A program made the position numbers and the translations under genes. Positions 39,778 to 52,044 of a stretch of 64,000 bases of DNA are shown here, in pieces. Within the stretch, counting starts at the first letter, position 1; every line of letters begins with the position of its first letter. Source of the DNA: Alphaproteobacteria bacterium (GTDB lineage Bacteria > Pseudomonadota > Alphaproteobacteria > JAAXGF01); contig CAUVXB020000002.1 in assembly GCA_963555825.3 (NCBI GenBank), positions 1,632,001-1,696,000 of the forward strand, given 5' to 3'. The notes beneath the pieces were generated by a model that was not told the DNA's origin, did not search any database, and worked only from the letters and a program-made list of their open reading frames with translations.

Positions 39778-40914
39778 ATGAGCGTGCGCCCCTACCGCGA
39801 TATCGACCGCCGCCCCTGTCGCCAGATCTATGTCGGTGACCAACCGGTCGGCGGCGATGCGCCGATCAGCGTGCAGTCGATGACCAACACGCCGACCGCC
39901 GACATCGCCGCGACGATCGCCCAGGTCCGCGCGCTCGAGGTCGCCGGCGCCGACATCGTGCGTATCTCGTGCCCCGACGCCGAATCGAGCGCTGCGCTCA
40001 AGGGCATCGTGCCCGAGGTGACGGTGCCGATCGTCGCCGACATTCACTTCCACTACAAACGCGCCATCGAGGCGGCGGAAGCCGGCGCGGCGTGCCTGCG
40101 CATCAACCCCGGCAACATCGGTTCTAGCGCGCGCGTGCGCGAGGTGGTCAACGCCGCCAAGGCGAATGGCTGCTCGATGCGCATCGGCGTCAACGCCGGC
40201 TCGCTCGGGCGCGACTTGCTCGAGAAATACGGCGAGCCCTGCCCCGAGGCGATGGTCGAGAGCGCGCTCAACCACGCGCGCATCCTCGAGGACAACGACT
40301 TCTTCGAATTCAAGATCAGCGTCAAGGCCTCCGACGTGTTCCTCTCGGTCGCCGCCTATCAGGGCCTGGCCGAAGCCTGCGATTACCCGCTGCACATCGG
40401 CATCACCGAGGCGGGCGGGCTGACCAGCGGTACGGTCAAGTCATCGATCGGGCTGGGCATGCTGTTGTGGTCGGGCATCGGCGACACGCTGCGCGTCTCG
40501 CTGTCGGCCGATCCGGTCGAAGAGGTGCGCGCCGGCTTCGAGATGCTCAAGGCGCTGAACTTGCGCCACCGCGGTGTCAACGTCATCGCCTGCCCGTCCT
40601 GCGCGCGCCAGCAATTCAACGTCATCAAGACGGTCGAGACGCTCGAGGATCGGCTCGCCCACATCCACACGCCGTTGACGCTGTCGGTGATCGGCTGCGT
40701 GGTCAACGGTCCGGGCGAGGCGCGCGAGACCGACATCGGACTGACCGGCGGCGGCAAGGGCAACCATTTGGTTTATTTGAGCGGCGTCGCCGACCACAAG
40801 ATCGAGGACGACCAGTTGGTCGACCACCTGGTCGCGCTGGTCGAGCAGAAGGCCGCCGAGATAGAGGCCGCGGAAGCCGCCGAGCCGACACCCGGCACCG
40901 CGCACTCCAGCTAG
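39778..40914 (+). CDS. ispG: HMBPP synthase
   Basis: VQSMTNT, ADIHF, RINPGN, CPSCAR and [10 protein letters not shown]. Confidence 0.97.
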   Translation: MSVRPYRDIDRRPCRQIYVGDQPVGGDAPISVQSMTNTPTADIAATIAQVRALEVAGADIVRISCPDAESSAALKGIVPEVTVPIVADIHFHYKRAIEAAEAGAACLRINPGNIGSSARVREVVNAAKANGCSMRIGVNAGSLGRDLLEKYGEPCPEAMVESALNHARILEDNDFFEFKISVKASDVFLSVAAYQGLAEACDYPLHIGITEAGGLTSGTVKSSIGLGMLLWSGIGDTLRVSLSADPVEEVRAGFEMLKALNLRHRGVNVIACPSCARQQFNVIKTVETLEDRLAHIHTPLTLSVIGCVVNGPGEARETDIGLTGGGKGNHLVYLSGVADHKIEDDQLVDHLVALVEQKAAEIEAAEAAEPTPGTAHSS

Positions 40915-40931
40915 TCCGAGGAGACGTTTTT

Positions 40932-42176
40932 TTGCCGACCCTCAGGCCGGTTCGCGGCACCCATGACCTGTTGCCCGAGGACAACAGGCGTCACCGCCGG
41001 GTGATCGAGACGTTCCGCGACATCGCCGAGCGCTTCGCCTTCGGCGAGATCGCGACGCCGATCTTCGAGTTCGCCGAGGTATTCAAACGCACCCTTGGCG
41101 AGACCTCGGACATCGTTACCAAGGAGATGTACAGTTTCACCGACCGCGGCGGCGATCTAATCACGCTGCGCCCCGAATACACCGCCGGCATCGCGCGCGC
41201 CTTTATCTCGGGCGGCTTGCGCCAGCAGCTGCCGCTCAAGTTCTACGGCCACGGCCCGATGTTCCGCTACGAGCGGCCGCAGAAGGGCCGCCAGCGCCAG
41301 TTCCACCAGCTCGACGCCGAGATCCTCGGCGTCGCCGAGCCGCTCGCCGACATCGAGGTCATCGCGCTTGGCGCGACCCTGCTCGACGAGCTCGGCATGG
41401 CCAATGTGACCGAACTCGAGCTCAACACGCTGGGTGACCCGGAGAGCCGCGCCGCCTACCGCGCCGCGCTGGTCGACTTCTTCGGGGGCCACCGCGACGC
41501 GTTGTCGGAGGACAGCCTCGTGCGGCTCCACCGCAACCCGCTGCGCATCCTCGATTCGAAGGACGAGGGCGACCGGGCGGTGATCGTCGACGCGCCACTG
41601 ATGGCTGACTATCTCAACGCCGCCTCGACCGACATGTTCGACGCAGTGCGCGCCGGGCTCGACTGCCTCGGCATCGCCTATCGCGTGAATCCCAGGCTGG
41701 TGCGCGGTCTCGATTACTACACGCACACGGCCTTCGAGTTCACGACGCAGGCGCTCGGCGCCCAGGGCGCGGTCATCGCCGGCGGCCGCTACGACGGCTT
41801 GATCGAGGCCATGGGCGGCCCGCCGACGCCGGGCATCGGTTGGGCGGCCGGCATCGAGCGATTGGCCTTGCTGCTTGCCGAGCCGCCCGCGGCGCCCCGG
41901 CCGATCGCGGTCATTCCGGTCGATGCCGGGGCCGAGGACGAGGCGCTCGAACTCACGCACCGGCTGCGCAGGGCGGGCTTCACGGTCGATCTGGGCTATC
42001 GCGGCAACGTCTCGCGGCGCATGAAGCGGGCCAACCGCATGCACGCCCGCGCGGCGCTGTTGCTCGGCGACGACGAACGCGCACGCGGCGCGGTCACATT
42101 GCGTGACCTCGATTCGGGCGAGCAGGTCGAGGTGCCCCTCGCGGAGCTCGAGGACCGGCTCGCGCCCTATCGTTAG
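40932..42176 (+). CDS. hisS: Histidine-tRNA ligase
   Basis: RGTHD, LRPEYTA, FRYERPQKGR and LVRGLDYY. TTG start after GAGGAG. Confidence 0.96.
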   Translation: MPTLRPVRGTHDLLPEDNRRHRRVIETFRDIAERFAFGEIATPIFEFAEVFKRTLGETSDIVTKEMYSFTDRGGDLITLRPEYTAGIARAFISGGLRQQLPLKFYGHGPMFRYERPQKGRQRQFHQLDAEILGVAEPLADIEVIALGATLLDELGMANVTELELNTLGDPESRAAYRAALVDFFGGHRDALSEDSLVRLHRNPLRILDSKDEGDRAVIVDAPLMADYLNAASTDMFDAVRAGLDCLGIAYRVNPRLVRGLDYYTHTAFEFTTQALGAQGAVIAGGRYDGLIEAMGGPPTPGIGWAAGIERLALLLAEPPAAPRPIAVIPVDAGAEDEALELTHRLRRAGFTVDLGYRGNVSRRMKRANRMHARAALLLGDDERARGAVTLRDLDSGEQVEVPLAELEDRLAPYR

Positions 42177-42183
42177 CGCCGCC

Positions 42184-43472
42184 ATGAGCGGCCCCCAAAA
42201 CCCACGTTTCCTGCTCGTCGGCGCCAATCATCGCTCGGCGTCGGCCGACCTGCGCGACCGACTGTTCGTCGACGAGAGCGACTTCGGCGATATGTTGTCG
42301 CGCTTGCGCGGCGCGGGTCTCGATCAGGCGCTGTTGCTGTCGACCTGCGATCGGGTCGAGGTGCACGCGCTGCACGCCGACCCGGCGGTTGCCGAGCGGG
42401 CGATCATCGAGACGCTGGCCGCCCACGCCGGGCTCGCGCCGGACGACATCGCCGGCGAGCTGTGCGTCTTGCGCGACGAGGCCGCGGCGCGCCACCTGTT
42501 CGCTATCGCCGCCTCGCTCGAGAGCCTGGTGATCGGCGAACCCTTCGTTCTCGGCCAGGTCAAGGAAAGCCACCGCGCAGCGCGCGCTGCCAATATGGTC
42601 GGCGCCGAACTCGAACGGCTGCTGCAGGCCGCCTACGCGGCGGCCAAGCGCGTGCGCAGCGAAACCGCGATCGGCGAGCGGCCGGTGTCGATCGCCGCGG
42701 CCGCGCTGGCGGTGTCGCGCGATGTTCATGGCGATCTGGCGGGCGCCGCGGGCCTGGTGATCGGCGTCGGCGAGATGGCCGAGTTGGTTGCGCGCCAGAT
42801 GCGTGAGGCCGGGCTTGGCCGTCTCGTCGTCAGCCACCGCTCGGCGGCACGCGCGGCGTCGCTGGCGCGCCGGCTCGACGCCAATGTCCAGCCGATCGAG
42901 GCGCTCGGCGACGCGCTCGCCGCCGCCGACATCGTGATTTGCGACGTCGGTCTGGGCCGCTACGTGCTGACCCGAGATCTGATGGTCGAGGCGCTCGCGC
43001 GACGGCGCCAGCGGCCGGTCTTCGTCGTCGATCTCGCCGTGCCGCCCGACACCGACCCTGCGGTGGTCGAGTTGGACGGCGCCTTCGTATACGATAGCGC
43101 CGATCTGGAGCGCGTCGCTCAGGCCGGCTTGGCCGGTCGCGAGGCCGAATCGGCGGCCGCCTGGCGGGTTGTCGACGCGGCGCTGGCGGATTATCTGCGC
43201 GCCCGGTCGATGCAGGCGGCGGCGCCGGCTATCGTCGCACTGCGCGAGCGGTTCGAGACGGTGCGCGAGGACGTGCTCGCCGAGACCGGCGGCGACGATG
43301 CCTCGGCGGCGACGCGGCTTCTGGTACAGCGCCTCTTGCATGCGCCGAGCGAGGCGCTGCGCGAGATCGCCGGCGAAGACGGCGGCGGCGCGACCCATCG
43401 GCGCGCCGAACGATTGCTGCGCCGCCTGTTCGAGCTGGGCGCCGATGACACGACGACCGAGGAGGACCAGGC

Positions 43473-43476
<4 letters not shown>
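42184..43476 (+). CDS. hemA: Glutamyl-tRNA reductase (C5 ALA pathway)
   Basis: [40 protein letters not shown] and LLHAP. GTGA-coupled to prfA. Confidence 0.9.
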
Positions 43477-44546
<1,070 letters not shown>

Positions 44547-44554
44547 TCCTTGGT

Positions 44555-45424
44555 ATGAGCGAGACCGTGACCATCGGCGCGGCGCTCGGCGCGGCGTCGC
44601 GGCGGCTCGAGGCAGCCGGTGTCGACGAGGCGCGACGCGACGCCCAGGTGCTGCTCGGCCATGTCCTCGACGCCGGTCGCGAGATCCTGATCGGCTACCC
44701 CGAGCGGCCGCTGACGACCGACCAGGCGATCGCCTTCGACGATCTCGTCGCGCGCCGCGCGCTGCGCGAGCCGGTCGCGCATATCGTCGGCGAACGCGAA
44801 TTCTGGAGCCTTGCCTTCCGGGTCACCGCCGACACGCTGGTGCCGCGACCGGCGAGCGAGACCGTGGTGGCCGCGGCGCTCGATATGGTTGCCGACCGCT
44901 CGGCGCCGCTCACGCTGCTCGACCTCGGTACCGGCAGCGGTTGTCTGTTGCTGACACTGTTGAGCGAGCTGGCGCACGCGCGTGGCGTTGGCGTCGACAT
45001 CAGCCCGGCGGCGCTCGCGGTCGCGCGCGTGAACGCCGATCGTCTTGCGCTGTCGCATCGGGCGCGCTTCCTGTGCGCCGACTGGGGTGGCGCGCTGACC
45101 GGCCGGTTCGATCTGATCGTCGCCAATCCGCCCTATGTCGACGTCGACGAGGTGCTGGCGCCGGAAATCGTCGACTACGAACCCGGCATCGCGCTCTATG
45201 GCGGCGCCGACCCGCTCGACGCGTACCGTGCGCTGGCCGGCGATCTTCGCCGGCTGCTGGCGCCGGGCGGCGCGGCGGCGCTCGAGATCGGCCAAGGGCA
45301 GGCCGCGTCAGTCACCGCTCTGATGGCGCGCGAGGGCCTCGTCGAGACCGCGCGGCGCGCCGATCTCGCCGGCATCGAGCGCTGCCTCGTGCTGCGCCAT
45401 GACGACACATTCGGCGGGTCATGA
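44555..45424 (+). CDS. prmC: Release factor glutamine methyltransferase
   Basis: EPVAHIVG, LDLGTGSG, NPPY and DLAGIER. Confidence 0.95.
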   Translation: MSETVTIGAALGAASRRLEAAGVDEARRDAQVLLGHVLDAGREILIGYPERPLTTDQAIAFDDLVARRALREPVAHIVGEREFWSLAFRVTADTLVPRPASETVVAAALDMVADRSAPLTLLDLGTGSGCLLLTLLSELAHARGVGVDISPAALAVARVNADRLALSHRARFLCADWGGALTGRFDLIVANPPYVDVDEVLAPEIVDYEPGIALYGGADPLDAYRALAGDLRRLLAPGGAAALEIGQGQAASVTALMAREGLVETARRADLAGIERCLVLRHDDTFGGS

Positions 45425-45618
45425 GAAAAAAGTTCTTGGAATGTGGCGGCGTCTTGATAAAGTACCGCCCCAGATGGATCCGCGAGATAGACCATCGGGG
45501 CCATGAGGGCTCCGGCGCCGCCGTAGGCGGGCGAACAGGTTCCATCCGCTACTGACAACGACAATTGAAGCGAGCGGCAGCGTGCCGCTGCGCATTTGGG
45601 AAATGAAATGAAGCAGTC

Positions 45619-45969
45619 ATGAGACCTGGCTTCCATTCAAAACGGCCGCGTAACAATCGTTCCAATCCCCGCAGAGGGCCGTCGAACAATCGTTCGAACT
45701 CCTTCGACAGCAACGGCCCCGACGTCAAGGTGCGGGGAAACGCCAACCAGATTTGCGAGAAATATCTGTCTCTTGCGCGGGATGCGACCTCATCCGGCGA
45801 CCGTGTCATGGCCGAAAGCTATCTTCAGCACGCCGAGCACTACCAGCGGATCGTCAATGCGAACGGATCGGCCCAACGGACCGATCAGGCGGCCCAGCCC
45901 CGGGCAAGCGGAGAAGTCAAGCCGACAGCCGACGACGTCGAGGAGCCGGTAGCCGCCGCGCGGTCCTGA
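45619..45969 (+). CDS. DUF4167 domain protein
   Basis: FDSNGPDVKVRGNA, EKYLSLARDA and QHAEHYQR. Confidence 0.9.
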   Translation: MRPGFHSKRPRNNRSNPRRGPSNNRSNSFDSNGPDVKVRGNANQICEKYLSLARDATSSGDRVMAESYLQHAEHYQRIVNANGSAQRTDQAAQPRASGEVKPTADDVEEPVAAARS

Positions 45970-46098
45970 CCCGGTAACGCCCGGTCTCGGCCGGGCCGTT
46001 TCCGAAGGCAACGATGTGACAGTGTGCCGGCGCCGCCGGTAGGCGGACCATCCGTGTCGAATACGGACGCTAGCCACACGATGTGTGGCCTGGCTTGT

Positions 46099-46137
46099 GT
46101 GGCATGCCAAATTCCTTATACAATGTCAATATGCCAC
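46099..46137. promoter_or_regulatory. Candidate GntR operator region upstream of tctC
   Basis: Palindrome TGGCATGCCA (46100-46109) plus TATACAA and TATGCCA half-sites, resembling TTGTATACCA upstream of gntR. Confidence 0.5.
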
Positions 46138-46246
46138 GGGGAGGCGCTGCCCTGACCGGGAGCGATCGTGGATGTTTACCTGCCATCCGGCGGGGCGTAC
46201 GCTACACGTTCCCGACTAAGAGAGTTGGCCCAATAGGGAGGATCCA

Positions 46247-47236
46247 ATGAATAACTTGCTGAAATCAGCAATGCTTGCGTTTGGTACCGTGGCGCTGCTC
46301 GGACTCGGTACGACGGTCACCGCGCAGGACGCCGCCGCGGCGTGGCAGCCCAAGAAACCGGTCGAATTCGTCATCATGGCCGGCAAGGGTGGCGGCGCCG
46401 ACAAGATGGCGCGGCTCATGCAGACGATCATCGAGAAACACGGCCTGTCATCGAAGCCGTTCGTGCCGATCAACAAGCCGGGCGGTTCGGGCGCCGAGTC
46501 GCTGATCTATCTGAAGCAGCACGATGGCGACAACCACGTCATCATGGTCACGCTCAACAGCTTCTACACCACGCCGTTGCGCCAGCCTGACCTCGGCGTC
46601 GACATCTCGACCTTCACGCCGATCGGCCGCATGGCCGAGGACACGTTCCTGTTGTGGGTGAATTCCGACACCGACATCATGAACGTCGGCGACTTCGTCA
46701 AGGCCGCCAAGGCGGCCGGCAACGACTGGATCATGGCGGGCACCGGCAAGGGCCAGGAGGACCAGCTCCTTACCACGTTCCTCAACAATGCCTATGGCCT
46801 CGACATGAAGTACGTGCCGTACAAGGGCGGCGGCCGCGTCGCCAAGGAGCTGGCCGGCAACAACGCCCACTCGACGGTCAACAATCCGTCCGAGCAGCTC
46901 GGTTTCTGGGAGGCCGGCAAGACGCGCGCACTGGCCACGTTCACGGCCGGGCGGCTGGCCGTCTTCCCGGACGTGCCGACCTTCAAGGAGCTCGGCAAGG
47001 ACTACGTCTACTTCATGCAGCGCAGCGTGGTCGGCGCGCCGGGCATGAGCGAGGAGGCCGAGACTTTTTACCGCAACGTCTTCGCCCAGGTCTACGCCAG
47101 CGACGAGTGGCAGGGGTACATGGCCAAGAAGAGCCTGCTGGGCGGCTTCCTGACGGGCGCCTCGCTGAAATCCTATTGGACGCGCGAGCGCGCGATCCAC
47201 GAGACCATTCTCAAGGATATCGGCGAGATCAAGTAA
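46247..47236 (+). CDS. tctC: Tripartite tricarboxylate transporter substrate-binding protein (Bug/TctC)
   Basis: Signal peptide, AGKGGGAD, NKPGGSG, VPYKGGG and PDVPTFKE. Confidence 0.92.
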   Translation: MNNLLKSAMLAFGTVALLGLGTTVTAQDAAAAWQPKKPVEFVIMAGKGGGADKMARLMQTIIEKHGLSSKPFVPINKPGGSGAESLIYLKQHDGDNHVIMVTLNSFYTTPLRQPDLGVDISTFTPIGRMAEDTFLLWVNSDTDIMNVGDFVKAAKAAGNDWIMAGTGKGQEDQLLTTFLNNAYGLDMKYVPYKGGGRVAKELAGNNAHSTVNNPSEQLGFWEAGKTRALATFTAGRLAVFPDVPTFKELGKDYVYFMQRSVVGAPGMSEEAETFYRNVFAQVYASDEWQGYMAKKSLLGGFLTGASLKSYWTRERAIHETILKDIGEIK

Positions 47237-47288
47237 GCGGGGCGCGTCTCCGCACCGCGTAGGCGTTAGTAGGGAGAGGACCGCGATC

Positions 47289-47795
47289 ATGCGGCGGGCC
47301 GAACTCGTCATGGCCGCCACGATGGCGGTCTTCTCCCTTTACTTGATGTGGAAGAGCGCGGAGCTGCCGGTCGGCTGGATACCCGGCGAAGGACCGGGCG
47401 GCGGGGCGTTCTCGTTCTGGCTGTCGGCGGGCATGCTGGTCTGCTGCGGCGCGATCATCGTCAAGTGGTTCCGGCGGACCAGCCCGCAGTCGCGCTCTGA
47501 CGAGCCCTACATCGACGCGCGCGGCCTCAAGCTGGTCGGCGTCGCCGCCGGCTCGCTCACCGTCATGATCGGTCTGATCCACATCATCGGCGTCTATGGC
47601 TCGGTGCCGCTGTTCATGCTCTTCTACATGCGCTACATGGGCCGCCACCCGTGGCTGATGACGAGTGGCGTCGCGCTGGCCATGCCGGTCGTCACCTTCT
47701 TTTTCTTCGAGATCGCCTTGAACATCACCCTGCCCAAGGGGCTGCCGGTGATCGAGGAGACGATCTTCTACCCCTTGTTCGACATCTTCTTATGA
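47289..47795 (+). CDS. tctB: TTT small membrane subunit
   Basis: About four TM segments, GPGGG and LPKG. Lies between tctC and tctA. Confidence 0.88.
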   Translation: MRRAELVMAATMAVFSLYLMWKSAELPVGWIPGEGPGGGAFSFWLSAGMLVCCGAIIVKWFRRTSPQSRSDEPYIDARGLKLVGVAAGSLTVMIGLIHIIGVYGSVPLFMLFYMRYMGRHPWLMTSGVALAMPVVTFFFFEIALNITLPKGLPVIEETIFYPLFDIFL

Positions 47796-47902
47796 GCATG
47801 TCGCGCGGGACTATGAGCGCCGCCGGCGCACCGCCGGACGCGTGGCGGGCGCACGGCCGAACGACGGCGACCGGCGAATCCGCAGGCAGCGGCTGAGCGA
47901 CG

Positions 47903-49423
47903 ATGGATATTCTCAATCTTCTGATCGGCGGGTTCGCCGTCGCCTTCGAACCGCTCAACCTGGCGGTCATCGTCGTCGGCTGCGCGGTCGGCCTGTTCGT
48001 CGGCGCGATGCCGGGGCTGGGCTCGGTCAACGGCGTCGCCATCCTGTTGCCGATGACCTTCCTGGTGCCGCCGACCTCGGCGATCATTTTCCTCGCCGCG
48101 ATCTATTACGGCGCCATGTACGGCGGCGCGATCTCCTCGATCATGCTCGGCATACCCGGCGCCTCGACGGCGGTCGCCACGGTGTTCGATGGCCGGCCCA
48201 TGGCGATGGCCGGCAAGGCCGACAAGGCGCTGGTCGCGGCGGCGACGGCATCCTTCGTCGGCGGCACCATCTCGGTGGTGCTGTTCACGCTGTTCGCCCC
48301 GCCGCTCGCCGAGGTCGCACTGACCTTCGGCTCGCCCGAGATCTTCGCGCTGATGATCCTGGCCTTCGCGACCTTCATCGGGTTGGGCGGCGACGACATA
48401 GCGAAGACGCTGTTCTCGATTTTCATCGGTCTGGTGATGAGCGCCGTCGGCCTCGACATCATAAGCGGCCAGCCGCGGCTGATCTTCATGGATCTGCCCG
48501 GCTTCTACCACGGCATCAACTTCCTGGTTCTGGCGATCGGCATCTACGGCATCGGCGAGATACTGTGGACCATCGAGACGACCAGGGGCGAGATGACGCT
48601 GTCGAAGGCGACGGTGTCGTTCCGCGGCATCGTCGCCAACATTGCCGCGCTGCGCCACAACATCAGATCGATGGTGATGGGCTCGTTCCTGGGCTATTTC
48701 GTCGGCATCCTGCCGGCCGCCGGCGCGACGCCGGCCTCGCTGATGGCCTATGGCGTCGCCAAGACCATCGCCAAGGACCCCGAGAGCTATGGCAAGGGCA
48801 ACGTCGACGGCGTGGTGGCGCCCGAAGCGGCGAACAACGCGGCGTCGACCGGCTCGATGCTGCCGATGCTGACGCTCGGCATTCCAGGCTCGCCGACGAC
48901 CGCGATCCTGCTCGGCGGCATGGTCATCTGGGGGCTCGAGCCGGGCCCGCTCCTGTTCGTCGAGCACAGTGACTTCGTCTGGGGCCTGATCGCCAGCCTC
49001 TATGCCGCCAACCTGTTCGCGGTGCTGATCAACATCGCCTTCATCCCGGCGTTCATCTACATGCTCAAGACGCCGTTCACCGTGCTCGCGCCGGTTATCT
49101 TCGTGCTGTGCATCATCGGCGGCTACGCGCCGACCCAGGACATGCACGATATCTGGCTGATGCTGATCTTCGGCGTCGTCGGCTATCTGATGCGCAAGCT
49201 CGACTACCCGATGGCTCCCGCCGTGCTCGCCATCGTGCTCGGGCCGCTCGCCGAGCCGGCGATGCGCCAATCGCTGCTGATCTCGAACGGTTCGTTCATG
49301 ATCTTCTTCGAGCGGCCGTTCGCCGGCGTCATCATGGTCACCGCCATCGCGCTGTTCCTGCTGCCGCTGATCCGGGTGCTGAAGCGCGCGCGCGGCAAGG
49401 GCGAGGGGGGTACGGCGGCGTAG
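47903..49423 (+). CDS. tctA: TTT large membrane subunit
   Basis: GAMPGLG, GAMYGG, PEAANNA and LTLGIPGS. Confidence 0.94.
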   Translation: MDILNLLIGGFAVAFEPLNLAVIVVGCAVGLFVGAMPGLGSVNGVAILLPMTFLVPPTSAIIFLAAIYYGAMYGGAISSIMLGIPGASTAVATVFDGRPMAMAGKADKALVAAATASFVGGTISVVLFTLFAPPLAEVALTFGSPEIFALMILAFATFIGLGGDDIAKTLFSIFIGLVMSAVGLDIISGQPRLIFMDLPGFYHGINFLVLAIGIYGIGEILWTIETTRGEMTLSKATVSFRGIVANIAALRHNIRSMVMGSFLGYFVGILPAAGATPASLMAYGVAKTIAKDPESYGKGNVDGVVAPEAANNAASTGSMLPMLTLGIPGSPTTAILLGGMVIWGLEPGPLLFVEHSDFVWGLIASLYAANLFAVLINIAFIPAFIYMLKTPFTVLAPVIFVLCIIGGYAPTQDMHDIWLMLIFGVVGYLMRKLDYPMAPAVLAIVLGPLAEPAMRQSLLISNGSFMIFFERPFAGVIMVTAIALFLLPLIRVLKRARGKGEGGTAA

Positions 49424-49458
49424 CGACCGCCGATAGACGCCGATCGATGGCGACGTGC

Positions 49459-49494
49459 TTGCGGTGGGCGATGTATTAGATATATTGTATACCA
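49459..49494 (+). promoter_or_regulatory. Putative gntR promoter with overlapping GntR box
   Basis: TTGCGG-N16-TATATT overlapped by TTGTATACCA (49485-49494). Confidence 0.5.
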
Positions 49495-49550
49495 GAAATC
49501 TCGAGGTCGCCCGGGCGCCCACGTCCCGGCACCGAACGGAGCGTTTCGAC

Positions 49551-50240
49551 ATGGCCACCGTGCGCGCCAACGTTCAGCCGATCGACGTCACCGTCAGCCT
49601 GACGGACAAGACCTACGACGCGCTGAAGGCCGCGATCACCTCGATGAACATCTATGATGCGCCGGGCGAGCCCAGGCTCGACGAACGCCAGCTCGCCGCG
49701 GACCTGGGCGTCAGCCGGACGCCGATCCGCGAGGCGATCGCGCGGCTCGAGCAGGAGGGCTTCCTGCGCATCGAGGCGCGGCGCGGCGTCTTCATCGTGC
49801 GCAAGACAAAACGCGAAGTGCTCGAGATGATCACCGTCTGGGCGGCGCTCGAGGGCATGGCGGCCCGGCTCGTCACCGAGCACGCGTCCGACGCCGAGAT
49901 CGCCACCCTGCGCGAGATGTTCGCCACCTTCGAGAGCGGCCAGGTCGAGGCCAAGATCGACGAATATTCCGAGACCAACATCAGCTTCCACCAAGCGCTC
50001 TTGCGCCTCGGCAAGTGCGATCTCTTGAACCAGATCGCCGAGAACCTGTTCATCCACATGCGCTCGATCCGCATGCGGACGATCGCCGAGGACCACCGGG
50101 CGAGCCGCTCGATCATCGACCACATGAACATCATCGAGGCGCTCGAGCAGCGTGACACCGAGCTCGCCGAGCGTCTGGCGCGCCAGCACACGCTCGACCT
50201 CGGCGCCCATGTCGAGAAGAACGTCGACTATCTCGACTGA
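49551..50240 (+). CDS. GntR (FadR/FCD) family regulator
   Basis: LGVSRTPIREA HTH and FCD residues N..FH and DH..II. Confidence 0.93.
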   Translation: MATVRANVQPIDVTVSLTDKTYDALKAAITSMNIYDAPGEPRLDERQLAADLGVSRTPIREAIARLEQEGFLRIEARRGVFIVRKTKREVLEMITVWAALEGMAARLVTEHASDAEIATLREMFATFESGQVEAKIDEYSETNISFHQALLRLGKCDLLNQIAENLFIHMRSIRMRTIAEDHRASRSIIDHMNIIEALEQRDTELAERLARQHTLDLGAHVEKNVDYLD

Positions 50241-50288
50241 CGAATGGCTCGACCGAACAACGGCGCCTGCGGGCGACGGGAGGAGACC

Positions 50289-52007
50289 ATGGCTGAAGCG
50301 GCAAAGAACGTCACAGAGATAAGGGCGCCCTCGGGCAAGATTTCGGGCGGCCACCTGGTCGCCAAGGCGCTCAAGAACGAGGGTGTCGACGTCATCTTCA
50401 CGCTGTGCGGCGGCCATATCATCGACATCTACGACGGCTGCCTCGACGAGGGCATCAAGATCATCGACGTGCGTCACGAGCAGGTCGCCGCCCACGCCGC
50501 CGACGGCTATGCGCGGATGACCGGCAAGCCGGGCTGCGCCGTGGTCACCGCCGGGCCGGGCACGACCGACGCGATGACCGGAGTCGCCAACGCCTTCCGC
50601 GCCGAAAGCCCGTTCCTCCTGATCGGCGGCCAGGGCTCGCTGAGCCAGCACAAGATGGGCTCGCTGCAGGACCTGCCGCATGTCGACATGATGCTGCCGA
50701 TCACCAAGTTCGCCGCCACCGTGCCGTCGACCGCGCGCATCGCCGACATGGTCTCGATGGCGTTCCGCGAGTGCTATAACGGCGCGCCCGGCCCGTCGTT
50801 CCTCGAGATTCCACGCGACGTGCTCGACGCCGAGGTCGATCTCGATGCGGCGCGCATCCCCGAGGCCGGCCGCTACCGCGCCTCGACCAAGCTTGCCGCC
50901 GACCCCGACGACGTCGAGCGGCTGGCCGACATCCTGGTCGCGTCCGAGCGCCCCTGCGTGTTGTTCGGCACCCAGGTGTGGACCTCGCGGGCGCATCAGG
51001 AGGCGCGCGAATTCGCCCGCACCCTCAACATCCCGGCCTATCTCAACGGCGCCGCGCGTGGCACGTTCGCGCCGGGCGATCCGCACCACTTCCACCGCAC
51101 CCGGCGCATGGCCTTCGACAAGGCCGACGTCATCGTCATCGTCGGCACGCCGTTCGACTTCCGCATGGGCTACGGCAAGCGCCTGCGCGCCGACGCGACG
51201 GTCGTGCAGATCGACATGGACTACCGCACCGTCGGCAAGAACCGCGACATCTCGCTCGGCCTGGTCGGCGACATCGGCCGCGTGCTCGGCGCGGTGACCC
51301 AGGCGACGACCGGCCGCGTCGACAACGGCGCCGGGGGCCGCCAGGCGTGGCTCGACGAGCTGCGCGCCGAAGAGATCGTGCGCACCGAGAAGCTGATGCC
51401 CGAGTTCACCTCCAGCGCGACGCCGATCAACCCCTATCGCGTCGCCTGGGAGATCAACGAGTTCCTCACCGAGGACACCATCTACATCGGTGACGGCGGC
51501 GACGTCGTGACGATTAGTGCCCAGGCCGTGCAGCCGCATACGCCGGGCCACTGGATGGACCCGGGCCCGCTCGGCACGCTCGGCGTCGGCGTGCCCTTCG
51601 CGATGGCGGCCAAACTCGCCCATCCCGACAAGGAGGTGCTGTGCTATTTCGGCGACGGCGCCTTCTCGCTGACCGGCTGGGACTTCGAGACCTGCGTGCG
51701 TTTCGGCCTGCCGTTCCTCGGCGTCGTCGGCAACAATTCGGCGATGAACCAAATCCGCTGCGGCCAGATCATCAAATACGGCGAGAACCGCGGCGACGTC
51801 GGCAACATCCTGGGCGACGTGCCCTACGGCAAGTTCGCCGAGATGCTCGGCGGCCACGGCGAGGATGTGCGCGATCCCGATCAGATCCGTCCGGCGCTCG
51901 AGCGCGCCCGCGAGGCGGTCGCCGGCGGCCAGCCGGCGCTGGTCAACATTTGGGTCGACCGCGATATCTGGGCGCCCGGCACGCGCAACCAGACGATGTA
52001 CAAATGA
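50289..52007 (+). CDS. ThDP-dependent enzyme, oxalyl-CoA decarboxylase / 2-hydroxyacyl-CoA lyase-like
   Basis: RHEQVAAHAADGYAR, TAGPG and GDGAF...NN ThDP motif. Immediately upstream of frc. Confidence 0.85.
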   Translation: MAEAAKNVTEIRAPSGKISGGHLVAKALKNEGVDVIFTLCGGHIIDIYDGCLDEGIKIIDVRHEQVAAHAADGYARMTGKPGCAVVTAGPGTTDAMTGVANAFRAESPFLLIGGQGSLSQHKMGSLQDLPHVDMMLPITKFAATVPSTARIADMVSMAFRECYNGAPGPSFLEIPRDVLDAEVDLDAARIPEAGRYRASTKLAADPDDVERLADILVASERPCVLFGTQVWTSRAHQEAREFARTLNIPAYLNGAARGTFAPGDPHHFHRTRRMAFDKADVIVIVGTPFDFRMGYGKRLRADATVVQIDMDYRTVGKNRDISLGLVGDIGRVLGAVTQATTGRVDNGAGGRQAWLDELRAEEIVRTEKLMPEFTSSATPINPYRVAWEINEFLTEDTIYIGDGGDVVTISAQAVQPHTPGHWMDPGPLGTLGVGVPFAMAAKLAHPDKEVLCYFGDGAFSLTGWDFETCVRFGLPFLGVVGNNSAMNQIRCGQIIKYGENRGDVGNILGDVPYGKFAEMLGGHGEDVRDPDQIRPALERAREAVAGGQPALVNIWVDRDIWAPGTRNQTMYK

Positions 52008-52044
52008 CGCGCAACGGACAAACAAATAGGCGACGAGGCAACCC

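Noticed and set aside
40927-40933. T7 tract at the hisS start as a phase-variation site
   Set aside because: The run is short, it only affects RBS spacing, and the gene is essential.
47792-47896. 34-codon ORF between tctB and tctA overlapping the tctB stop
   Set aside because: No motif or compositional support, so probably a chance open frame.
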